Source: an uncultured Clostridia bacterium
GTDB lineage: Bacteria; Bacillota; Clostridia; TANB77; CAG-508
Assembly (NCBI GenBank): GCA_944390335.1
Contig: CALXQA010000001.1
Coordinates: 1 to 55,696 of the forward strand
Length of the DNA: 55,696 nt
Reading direction: 5' to 3'
A program made the position numbers and the translations under genes. The stretch's first letter is position 1; every line of letters begins with the position of its first letter. Positions 11,234 through 18,937 of this stretch are shown here, piece by piece. The notes under the pieces are model-generated. The model was not told where the DNA came from. It saw only the letters and a list, made by a program, of their open reading frames with translations, and made no database searches.

Positions 11234-12586
11234 TTATTTACCGATATAATTACAGTAATTAGCAATCATAGCTGCTGCTTCTGCTCTTGAAGCATTTCCT
11301 GATGGATCTACTCTTGTCCCATTTTCTTTTCCACTCATTACTTTTGTTGCAACTGCCCAAGATACTCCGTCCTTTGCATAACTTGATATTCCTTTATTGT
11401 CTATAAACTTATTTAAGTCTGCCCTTTTTGATGTATCTTTTTTATTATAATCTGCATAATTCTTTAGTATTGTTGCCAATTGCTCTCTTGTTATATTATT
11501 ATTTGGTCTAAATTTTCCATCATCATATCCATTTACAACTTTATTTTTCTCTGCCCACTTTATTGCTTCATAATAATATGCATCTTGTTTTACATCACTA
11601 AATTTTTGCTCTCCTGAAATTTTAGGACTTCCTTCCATCCTCCAAAGAAGCGTTACTAGATTTCCTCTTGTTAAATTTTTATTAGGAGAAAATGTTGTGT
11701 TTGATGTTCCATATATTATTTTATTAGTTGCACAATATATTACTGAGTTATAGTACCAATCATCTTCATTTACATCATCATAGCTTACTATTACTCTAAT
11801 GCTTGCAGTTTTATCTCCTATTGTAGCATTAATTGTGGTTTCACCACAACTTACTCCTGTTACCATTCCTGTTTGATCTACTGTGGCAATATTTGTATTT
11901 GAACTTGACCATTTAGCATTTTTCCCATCTATTATAAGATAACCTATTCCCATGTCATACCATAGACCTTTATCACCTTTTCCTCCAACTTTTAATTCTA
12001 TAGGTGCTTTATTAACAAATCTTATATCTATAATATATTTATTTAATATCTCTATAGTATAATACTTTTCTATTGTATCACTTCTTCTTACTACTTCTTT
12101 TGGTTCTTCTATACCAAAACACTGTACCCAAGATGTTTTTCCACTTACTATAATGTGACCTATTCCAATAGTAGTGAAATCTTTATTTAATATATTACTT
12201 CTATGACCTGGAGAGCCCATCCAGCTTTTCATAACTCTTTCAGGAGTAATCTGGCCTTTTGCTATATTCTCTCCAAAAAGCTTGTCACTTACAGTATTAC
12301 ACATACTACCATCTGGTCTTATATGGTTACCATATAGACTAATTTCTGCTGATCTTTGCAATGCCGCATTTAGTAAATCTTCATCCATTACTAAAGGATT
12401 TGCTCCTACTTTTGCTCTTTCCTCATTTACTAAGTCTAATAATTTATAAATGTAATCATAATTATGGGTTGCTACGAAAAAAATCTTTGAACTATCATTT
12501 GTCTCTGATGCTTTTACAAAAACTGTTCCAAAACTTAACAGGAAAATAAATAGAATTAAAATACTATTCCTTATACTTTTTAACAT
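11234..12586 (-). CDS. SLH-anchored secreted protein 7: signal peptide + CAP/SCP (YkwD-like) + Big_2 + 3 SLH repeats
   Basis: 450-aa ORF with AAAGGGGA RBS. CAP motif LVNEERAKVGANPLVMDEDLLNAALQRSAE..GHIRPDGS..SWMGSPGHRSNILNKDFTTIGIGH. Big_2-like WSSSNTNIATVDQTGMVTGVSCGETTINAT. SLH tail. Confidence 0.85.
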   Translation of the reverse strand: MLKSIRNSILILFIFLLSFGTVFVKASETNDSSKIFFVATHNYDYIYKLLDLVNEERAKVGANPLVMDEDLLNAALQRSAEISLYGNHIRPDGSMCNTVSDKLFGENIAKGQITPERVMKSWMGSPGHRSNILNKDFTTIGIGHIIVSGKTSWVQCFGIEEPKEVVRRSDTIEKYYTIEILNKYIIDIRFVNKAPIELKVGGKGDKGLWYDMGIGYLIIDGKNAKWSSSNTNIATVDQTGMVTGVSCGETTINATIGDKTASIRVIVSYDDVNEDDWYYNSVIYCATNKIIYGTSNTTFSPNKNLTRGNLVTLLWRMEGSPKISGEQKFSDVKQDAYYYEAIKWAEKNKVVNGYDDGKFRPNNNITREQLATILKNYADYNKKDTSKRADLNKFIDNKGISSYAKDGVSWAVATKVMSGKENGTRVDPSGNASRAEAAAMIANYCNYIGK

Positions 12587-12610
12587 ACTTCTTTATCCCC
12601 TTTCAACTGT

Positions 12611-12639
12611 ATTATATATGTTTATATAATTTTTTTCAA
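12611..12639 (-). promoter_or_regulatory. SigmaA-type promoter heading the SLH array (TTGAAA-17-TATAAT)
   Basis: Minus strand reads TTGAAA aaaattatataaacata TATAAT, about 25 nt upstream of the ATG at 12586. The gaps between six of the seven genes are only 24-40 nt. Confidence 0.55.
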
Positions 12640-12767
12640 TAGAATTACATAAAGATTTTTAAATGTAATATTTAGAAAAATAAGATGCTAATTTCAAAGT
12701 TCTTTACCATTTTTTATAATAGATCTACATATTTTATTTCTATTACTAAATGGATCTTTGTATATAC

Positions 12768-12810
12768 AAAAAAAAAGCTATGTGCTAATTTTTATCCATT
12801 AACACATAAC
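12768..12810 (-). terminator. Rho-independent terminator downstream of the Rpn gene
   Basis: 13-bp stem (gttatgtgttaat / attagcacatagc on the minus strand, 2 G-U pairs), 8-nt loop, followed by a U9 tract. Confidence 0.6.
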
Positions 12811-12840
12811 TTTTTTAGTTTTACTATTAAATTATATTAA

Positions 12841-12951
12841 TTATTCATCTTTCATCAAATTATTTAGTTCTTCTTCAGATATATTTAATATCTGGCATAT
12901 TTGCTTATTTGTCATTTTATTTTCTTGCATTCTTTTAACAATTTCTTTCAT
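12841..12951 (-). CDS. 36-codon ORF encoding an Rpn-type C-terminal tail; out of frame with the Rpn body (frameshift remnant or separate mini-gene)
   Basis: Own translation: MKEIVKRMQENKMTNKQICQILNISEEELNNLMKDE. This frame stays open upstream to about 12984 (..EEKRENTKK) and is offset by one nt from the Rpn stop at 12980-12982. Confidence 0.3.
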   Translation of the reverse strand: MKEIVKRMQENKMTNKQICQILNISEEELNNLMKDE

Positions 12952-12979
12952 TTTCTTTGTATTCTCTCTTTTTTCTTCT

Positions 12980-13777
12980 TTACGTCCGCTCTTCTATTCC
13001 TGACTCTTTACCTTCTTTTTTTCCTTTTTCTTCTGCATATGCCACTGCTGTATCATAATTAAATTTTGCCATCGCTCTTGCTTCTATTATTTCTCTTTCT
13101 TTTGGATCTGACATTATTTCTTCTACTAATTTCATTGCTTTTTGTACTTCTGGGTTATTTAGCTTTGACATTTTTACTTTATCCTCCCTTCCTATTATTA
13201 AGTATAGCCACTCTTCTAATTTTGTTTTTATTTCTGGATTTTTCTTTATAAACTTTGGTAATTCTATAAAGTGCATTTCTAATGCATCTGTTGCTATTTC
13301 ATCTTCTTTTTCATATCCCAATTTTACATATTCTTCTTTTTTAGTTTTCTCAAACTTCATATGTGCTATTAAATGATAACTATTCCTTTTATATCTATTA
13401 AAATTTAGTATATTTATTACTATTGATGGTTTTAAATTTTGATAATCTTCTCCCACATTTATTTGTGTTGATATATTTTTACTCATATATACTGTACTTC
13501 TTTTGTCTATATTTCCTTCATCTTTTACTTGCATTTCTATATCTATCAGTCTTTCATCATTTAGTTTTGCTCTTATATCTAGTACGCTTCCTTTTTCTTC
13601 TAATATATCTTTTGGTATCTCTGCATTTAATACTTCTACATTTCTTAATTTCATATCCAGTACTGCTTCTAAAAAATCTTTCAGTATTCCATTTGGACTA
13701 CCTTTGGTAAATGTTCTTTTAAATATATAATCATTTAAAAGCGGTGCATCTTCTCTTATTATATTATTTTTCGTCAT
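12980..13777 (-). CDS. Rpn-family (YhgA-like, PD-(D/E)XK) recombination-promoting nuclease / putative transposase
   Basis: LLNDYIFKRTF.., VLDIRAKLNDERLIDIEMQV (D..E-x-Q core) and ELPKF are typical of the family. Start moved to the ATG at 13777 (AAAGGA RBS) because the track's TTG at 13819 is the -35 hexamer of the promoter. Confidence 0.8.
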   Translation of the reverse strand: MTKNNIIREDAPLLNDYIFKRTFTKGSPNGILKDFLEAVLDMKLRNVEVLNAEIPKDILEEKGSVLDIRAKLNDERLIDIEMQVKDEGNIDKRSTVYMSKNISTQINVGEDYQNLKPSIVINILNFNRYKRNSYHLIAHMKFEKTKKEEYVKLGYEKEDEIATDALEMHFIELPKFIKKNPEIKTKLEEWLYLIIGREDKVKMSKLNNPEVQKAMKLVEEIMSDPKEREIIEARAMAKFNYDTAVAYAEEKGKKEGKESGIEERT

Positions 13778-13790
13778 CTTTTTCCTTTCC

Positions 13791-13819
13791 ATTGTATCAA
13801 ATACTATTCTTTTTTTCAA
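13791..13819 (-). promoter_or_regulatory. SigmaA-type promoter of the Rpn gene (TTGAAA-17-TACAAT)
   Basis: Minus strand reads TTGAAA aaaagaatagtatttga TACAAT, immediately upstream of the RBS and the ATG at 13777. Confidence 0.5.
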
Positions 13820-14133
13820 GCATTTTTATTTCTAATTCTTTTATTGATACAATTTTTAATTATTGCTCTTACTTATATATTAAATTTATTAATTTTGTCA
13901 TATGTGCAAAGTAAACTAGTTATACTATTTTTTAATACTTTTCTTTTTTAAACTTTTTTGAAAATTTTTAGATTTAAATCTTTTGAATTAAAGAACTTGG
14001 ACTAAATTATATAATTTATTATACATTTTATTTTACAATTATTTCCATATAATAGCAATATATTTTTACTATTTATTTTATGTTTTCTAAGACATAATTA
14101 AACATTTTTCGATAAATTTAATTACTGGCACCC

Positions 14134-14173
14134 ATAAAAGGTTATGTATTAATTTTTCTATTAACACATAACC
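14134..14173 (-). terminator. Hairpin terminator after the glycan operon; sequence-related to the hairpin at 12768-12810
   Basis: 14-bp stem (ggttatgtgttaat / attaatacataacc on the minus strand), 6-nt loop, then UUUUA. Begins 7 nt after the GT14 stop codon. Confidence 0.5.
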
Positions 14174-14179
14174 TTATTT

Positions 14180-15067
14180 CTATTTCAAATATTCATATAT
14201 TTTATCTATTATTTTATTATCTAATTTCTCATTAAACTTTCTTGCAAAAAAGAAATTATCTAAATTAATTAAATATTCAAAATCTTTTTCCTTCCATACA
14301 TAGGGCTTTTTATCTTTCCATTCTATCTTCCTTAAAATAGAAATATAATTATCATCAAATCCTTTATAATATAATCTATCTTTAAACTCGTTATTATTAT
14401 ACACTAGTGTTTGAAGAAAAACTTCATCACCACAAAATGTTCTTTTGTATTTTTTTACTATTCTTTCTTCATTTTCTACAATATATTTAGCCAAATCATT
14501 TGGAATACTAAACCAATTAGCCCCACTCTTTATTATGTCCGTATTATTTTTTAGCCTATTAACTCTAAATAACTTTTGAAGTAATAAAAAAGACTTAAAA
14601 AATGCGTATTTTATAACTTTTTCTAATCCTTTTTTCTTTCTAAAATCAGTAGCAATATAGTAATACTTAATTCTTTCATCTATACCTTCATAATCATCAT
14701 CTTTTCTAAAATGGATAAATATTTTTCCAATATTTTTATTAAAGAACTCATGAATATCTTGTTGTTTTTTTAGTGGCATATCAAAACCTGATATTAAATG
14801 ATAATATTCATAATTATTTTTCACTGACTCTTTTAAAAGTACAAGTTCAGCTTGTATCTGTGAAAAGCTTCCCCAAGTTACTTTTACTCTATCTGTAAAA
14901 ATAACATTAGATTTTTTCATATGTTCTAGCAAGTGTTCTTTATCTAATTTACTTTTTTTATCAATATGAACATATATATCATTTTCTTCATAATCTAATA
15001 ATTGTAATAACTTATTTAACTGTTCAAAATTATTATGTGCCATTATAAGGTAAGCATGTTTTTTCAT
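14180..15067 (-). CDS. Glycosyltransferase family 14 (core-2/I-branching, Branch-type) protein
   Basis: MKKHAYLIMAHNNFEQLNKLLQLLDYEENDIYVHIDKKS is the typical N-terminus of Branch/GT14 enzymes. Start set at the ATG with an AGGTGA RBS (track start 15076 is a GTG inside the RBS). Confidence 0.7.
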   Translation of the reverse strand: MKKHAYLIMAHNNFEQLNKLLQLLDYEENDIYVHIDKKSKLDKEHLLEHMKKSNVIFTDRVKVTWGSFSQIQAELVLLKESVKNNYEYYHLISGFDMPLKKQQDIHEFFNKNIGKIFIHFRKDDDYEGIDERIKYYYIATDFRKKKGLEKVIKYAFFKSFLLLQKLFRVNRLKNNTDIIKSGANWFSIPNDLAKYIVENEERIVKKYKRTFCGDEVFLQTLVYNNNEFKDRLYYKGFDDNYISILRKIEWKDKKPYVWKEKDFEYLINLDNFFFARKFNEKLDNKIIDKIYEYLK

Positions 15068-15088
15068 TATTATCACCTACTTTTTTAC

Positions 15089-16498
15089 TTATCTTTTTGC
15101 AAATTTATCTTTTACAGCTTTATATAGAAAGCTTACATTTTTTAAATTGATACATACTGCATATATTGTAATTAATAATGCTACTATAATACTTAATATA
15201 TTGTTGTTCAAATAATATGATACTAATGTAATTATTGTACCTATAATCATTGATATAACTATTTTTTTATCCACTTTTAGTTTTACATACTTCCTAGAGT
15301 CTATAAACCTATATATAAACATAACAAGCCAAGATATAACTGTAGAAAGTGATGCTGCATATAAACCTATAAAGTTTATTAAAGCTAAATCTATTACTAT
15401 ATTTATAATTGCTGTTACTAGTGAAATTTTAGCTATTTCTTTAGATAATTTTTTAGCCACATATATAGTTCCTAGAAAGCTAACTAATATATTAAACATT
15501 GTTCCAATTATTAATATTGGTATTTGCATATATGCTTCATTATAACTTTCATTTACTAAAATGCTAAATGCAAATGGCATAAATGCTATAATTCCTAAAC
15601 ATAATGCTCCAAAAAATCTTACTGTTACATCAAATATTTTACTAAAATATTCGTCTTTATCTTCACTTTTAAAGTTTACAGAAACAGATTCTGTCCATGT
15701 TATATTAAAAACACTATAAATTGTGGTTACAACTGATGAAAATTTATTTGCAACTGAATAAATTCCATTCATTGATACATTCATAAAATATGTAATTATC
15801 ATTCTATTAGATACATTTACAATCCACCAAGATATTGCATTTGGTATTAATGGAAGAGAGTATTTTAAAAGTTCTTTTAATACTGTTTTGTCATAATATA
15901 TTCTCTTTACCTTTTTATATAATTTCATTGAAACAAATATATATATTATGCATACTATATTTCCAATAAGGTTTGCATATAGCATACCATATGCACCTTG
16001 TTTAAATCCTGCAATTAATATAACATTTAAGACTATAGTTGCTACACCTGATAAAAAACTTCCTATTGTATATTTTGTATTATTTCCAAGTCCTCTTGCT
16101 ACTTGAAGAAGTATATTTGTGCATGATGTTGCTATTAGGTTTGTTGCTAAAAAATATTTGTATTCATTATTTATCCATGGGCTAACTACTAAAAATATTA
16201 CCATATATATAGCAACTTGTCTTAATACAAAAAATGTAATTGTAGTTATTAGCTTTTTTTGCCCTTCTTCATTGTCTCTGCTATCTATTAAAAACCTAAA
16301 TATACCTTGGTCTACTTGAAATGTAAGTATTGGTATTAATAGACTTATTAAAGTGTTAAGTAAGTCTACTACACCATATTCTGTTGTTGTTAAATATGCT
16401 GTATATAAAGGTAATAGGAAAAATGATACAAGTTGTGTACATACTTTTCCTATTGTTACAATTGCTGTGTTTTTTATTAAAGTTCTTTCTTTAGACAT
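15089..16498 (-). CDS. Wzx-type oligosaccharide flippase (MOP superfamily polysaccharide biosynthesis protein)
   Basis: 469 aa, about 12-14 hydrophobic helices. N-terminal LIKNTAIVTIGKVCTQLVSFFLLPLYT pattern typical of Wzx/PST flippases. Confidence 0.75.
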   Translation of the reverse strand: MSKERTLIKNTAIVTIGKVCTQLVSFFLLPLYTAYLTTTEYGVVDLLNTLISLLIPILTFQVDQGIFRFLIDSRDNEEGQKKLITTITFFVLRQVAIYMVIFLVVSPWINNEYKYFLATNLIATSCTNILLQVARGLGNNTKYTIGSFLSGVATIVLNVILIAGFKQGAYGMLYANLIGNIVCIIYIFVSMKLYKKVKRIYYDKTVLKELLKYSLPLIPNAISWWIVNVSNRMIITYFMNVSMNGIYSVANKFSSVVTTIYSVFNITWTESVSVNFKSEDKDEYFSKIFDVTVRFFGALCLGIIAFMPFAFSILVNESYNEAYMQIPILIIGTMFNILVSFLGTIYVAKKLSKEIAKISLVTAIINIVIDLALINFIGLYAASLSTVISWLVMFIYRFIDSRKYVKLKVDKKIVISMIIGTIITLVSYYLNNNILSIIVALLITIYAVCINLKNVSFLYKAVKDKFAKR

Positions 16499-16542
16499 TA
16501 CTATTCTCCGTTTTATATTTCATATTTACTATATTTTTATCT

Positions 16543-17607
16543 TTATTTGAATATCTTATCAAGTAGTTCAAAGTGTTTTTTTGCAAGCTTCTTTTCTTCA
16601 GATACATCTACTTTATATGTTAAGTCTTCTTCTTTTAATTCTTCTACTTTAAATTCATCTAACTTTCTAATATCTATTATTTTTCCTTTAAAGTTAATAT
16701 CTTTTAGTGCATTTATTGTTTTATCACTATATATTACTGGTATTATTGTTTTATCTAATATTAGTCCTAAGATATTTGCATGGAATCTACTTCCAATTAC
16801 TACCCTACAATCTCCAATAACATTTAAAGCTTCTTTTATATCTCCATCATAATAATATTTTGATATTTTTTCTCTTGCCTTTAAATTTAATTTATCTAAT
16901 ATTTTTTCTATTTCTACTTCATCATTTTCTTTTTTGCAAAATGACATTAATACTACTTCATAATTTCTTGCTTGAAAATAGTAGATTAAGTCTATTATTT
17001 TTTCTTCATATTTTTCCTGATAGCTTTCATCTAATTTTCTTTTACAATCTATTATAGATATTAAGGCTTTTTTGTTATTAGTTATATTTATGCCTTTAGT
17101 ATCTAAACCATAAACAATATCAGGTGCATATGTTATATTTTTGTTTTTTAAGTTCTTAAATAATTCATATGAAGTTTTATCTCTAAAACATACATAGTTT
17201 GCATTTTCAAATATTTCTTTACAATAGTCTATGTATTTATCTGTTTTATATGGTCCAAAGTTTGTTCCTATAATATAGTATTCTTCTGACTTTTCAAGTT
17301 CTTTGTAGTCTCCACTTTTTCCTTCTATAAAAAGGCTTCCTCCTAATACTAATGTTCTTTTATATTTTTTTGCTAATATATTTTCAATTGTAACTTTCTT
17401 ATTTGTTAATATTTTAAGTATTTTATTAACAGCTCTAAAACAAAAACCTGTAATTACTTTAATATTGGTAAAATTTGATTTTTGATTTACATATGATGCA
17501 ATTACAAATTTTGTATTAGGATATTTTTCTGAGATGATTTTTGCAAATAAATCATCTCCCAGATTATTATTTAAATATAACTTTAAATAGCACTTTTTAT
17601 ATTTCAT
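16543..17607 (-). CDS. Polysaccharide pyruvyl transferase family protein (CsaB/WcaK/EpsO-like)
   Basis: 354 aa. N-terminal LNNNLGDDLF and C-terminal VIGSRFHANILGL motifs are characteristic of the PS_pyruv_trans family. Start overlaps the preceding gene by 11 nt. Confidence 0.7.
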   Translation of the reverse strand: MKYKKCYLKLYLNNNLGDDLFAKIISEKYPNTKFVIASYVNQKSNFTNIKVITGFCFRAVNKILKILTNKKVTIENILAKKYKRTLVLGGSLFIEGKSGDYKELEKSEEYYIIGTNFGPYKTDKYIDYCKEIFENANYVCFRDKTSYELFKNLKNKNITYAPDIVYGLDTKGINITNNKKALISIIDCKRKLDESYQEKYEEKIIDLIYYFQARNYEVVLMSFCKKENDEVEIEKILDKLNLKAREKISKYYYDGDIKEALNVIGDCRVVIGSRFHANILGLILDKTIIPVIYSDKTINALKDINFKGKIIDIRKLDEFKVEELKEEDLTYKVDVSEEKKLAKKHFELLDKIFK

Positions 17608-18913
17608 TATTTATAATGTTCTCCTTATTTTCTTCAATAATTACATTATTGTTTATATTGGTTTTATTACTTTCTTTTTCTTCTTTATTATCATTTATAC
17701 TAAATATTGTCCTATATGGCACTGTTTCATCTCTTTTTTTATAAATATAGTCATAAAACCATATTGCTAAGTTTACAGATACTAAAGCTATTATTGATAA
17801 TACAAATAGTATTTTATTATTTTTAAAGTTTCTTATATAATATGGGAATAATACTATTTGGAAAATACTAAAAAATAAAGCTAATCTTTCACCATATGTA
17901 CTTGTTAAATACCCAAGTAATAATAGTACTGCTCCTATTATATTCATACTAAATAGTAAACTCATTTGTTTATCATGATTAATCTTCTTTATCATAAAGA
18001 AAAATGGTACTATTCCTGGAAGTATTCTTATAAAATATGCTATTGAAAGCCCAGGTGCCTTTGTTTTTGAAAAATACAGTGCATAGTATTGTAGGCTTTC
18101 TATATTTGATAACAATTTTCCTATTGTATCAAAGTTTAGTATAATAGCTAAAAGTACTACAAATGATAATACCTTAAGTACTTGAAATACAGGTTTTGGA
18201 TTTACATATATTTCCCTTACAAATGGTACTGCTAACATTACTAATGCCGTTCTTTGAAATAGTACTGCTATTATTACGCAAATAAAGTACTTAATATAAT
18301 TTATAGCAAAATATTTTATATATTCTTTACTATGTTTATATCTTGGCTTATATTTTTCTATATTTTTTCCTTTTTCTAGATATTTCTTTTTATAGTTTTC
18401 ATTTTCATACATTTTTTCATCATTTTTTATATCTAAGTATTTAAATCCATAGAATATTATTGCTATAGACATCATTTGCCTTACTAAATTGAATGATTTT
18501 TGATAAAATATTACCATGAAAAAGAAAAGTCCTAAAGGTACATTTATTTTATCTTTATAATGTTTTAATCCTGCATATATGCAAGAGTTTGTAATAAGTG
18601 AACATATAAACATTACTATATTAAAGTTACCATTTAAAAATATTACTAATTTATTTATAAGTATATAACCTATTTCTATATTTCTTCTTCTTTCTTCTAG
18701 ATGTCCGTTTACTAATTCATCAAATATTGGTTTGTATGCACCTGCATAGTCTGTTCCTACATTATATCTAATTCCTGCAATTATTGAAGGAAATAGTACT
18801 ACTATAATATCTAATAGTATTACTAATTTTTTGTTTTTTGTTTTCTCTTCTACGCTTTTACTTATAAATGCTAAAGCTGTACTTATTATAATAATTGCTA
18901 AATATGTTACCAT
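17597..18913 (-). CDS. EpsG-family (Wzy-like) polysaccharide polymerase membrane protein
   Basis: 438 aa, polytopic. AGIRYNVGTDYAGAY motif typical of EpsG. Contains a Lys/Tyr-rich loop and an Asn/Glu-rich C-terminal tail. Confidence 0.65.
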   Translation of the reverse strand: MVTYLAIIIISTALAFISKSVEEKTKNKKLVILLDIIVVLFPSIIAGIRYNVGTDYAGAYKPIFDELVNGHLEERRRNIEIGYILINKLVIFLNGNFNIVMFICSLITNSCIYAGLKHYKDKINVPLGLFFFMVIFYQKSFNLVRQMMSIAIIFYGFKYLDIKNDEKMYENENYKKKYLEKGKNIEKYKPRYKHSKEYIKYFAINYIKYFICVIIAVLFQRTALVMLAVPFVREIYVNPKPVFQVLKVLSFVVLLAIILNFDTIGKLLSNIESLQYYALYFSKTKAPGLSIAYFIRILPGIVPFFFMIKKINHDKQMSLLFSMNIIGAVLLLLGYLTSTYGERLALFFSIFQIVLFPYYIRNFKNNKILFVLSIIALVSVNLAIWFYDYIYKKRDETVPYRTIFSINDNKEEKESNKTNINNNVIIEENKENIINNEI

Positions 18914-18937
18914 GTTTCCTCCTAATATTTTATACTT

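Larger units (their letters stand above)
604..11780 (-). repeat. Seven dispersed direct copies of a ~0.55-kb SLH-anchor coding module (the 3' ends of the seven genes)
   Basis: Copies lie at about 604-1150, 2119-2665, 3564-4110, 4786-5335, 7438-7985, 10105-10650 and 11234-11780. All begin (plus strand) with tta(t/c)ct(a/g)cc.acataatt(a/g)ca(g/a)ta(g/a)tt. Visual alignment shows only scattered substitutions between neighbouring copies. Confidence 0.85.

Noticed and set aside
13778-13819. Longer N-terminal extensions offered by the ORF track for Rpn (TTG 13819), the ORF6N gene (TTG 27845) and tsaB-rimI (26761).
   Set aside because: The TTG codons at 13819 and 27845 are the first bases of the -35 hexamers TTGAAA and TTGACA of well-formed promoters. 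For tsaB-rimI, the -35 and most of the 17-nt spacer of its promoter lie inside the proposed extension. The downstream ATGs all have proper Shine-Dalgarno sequences.
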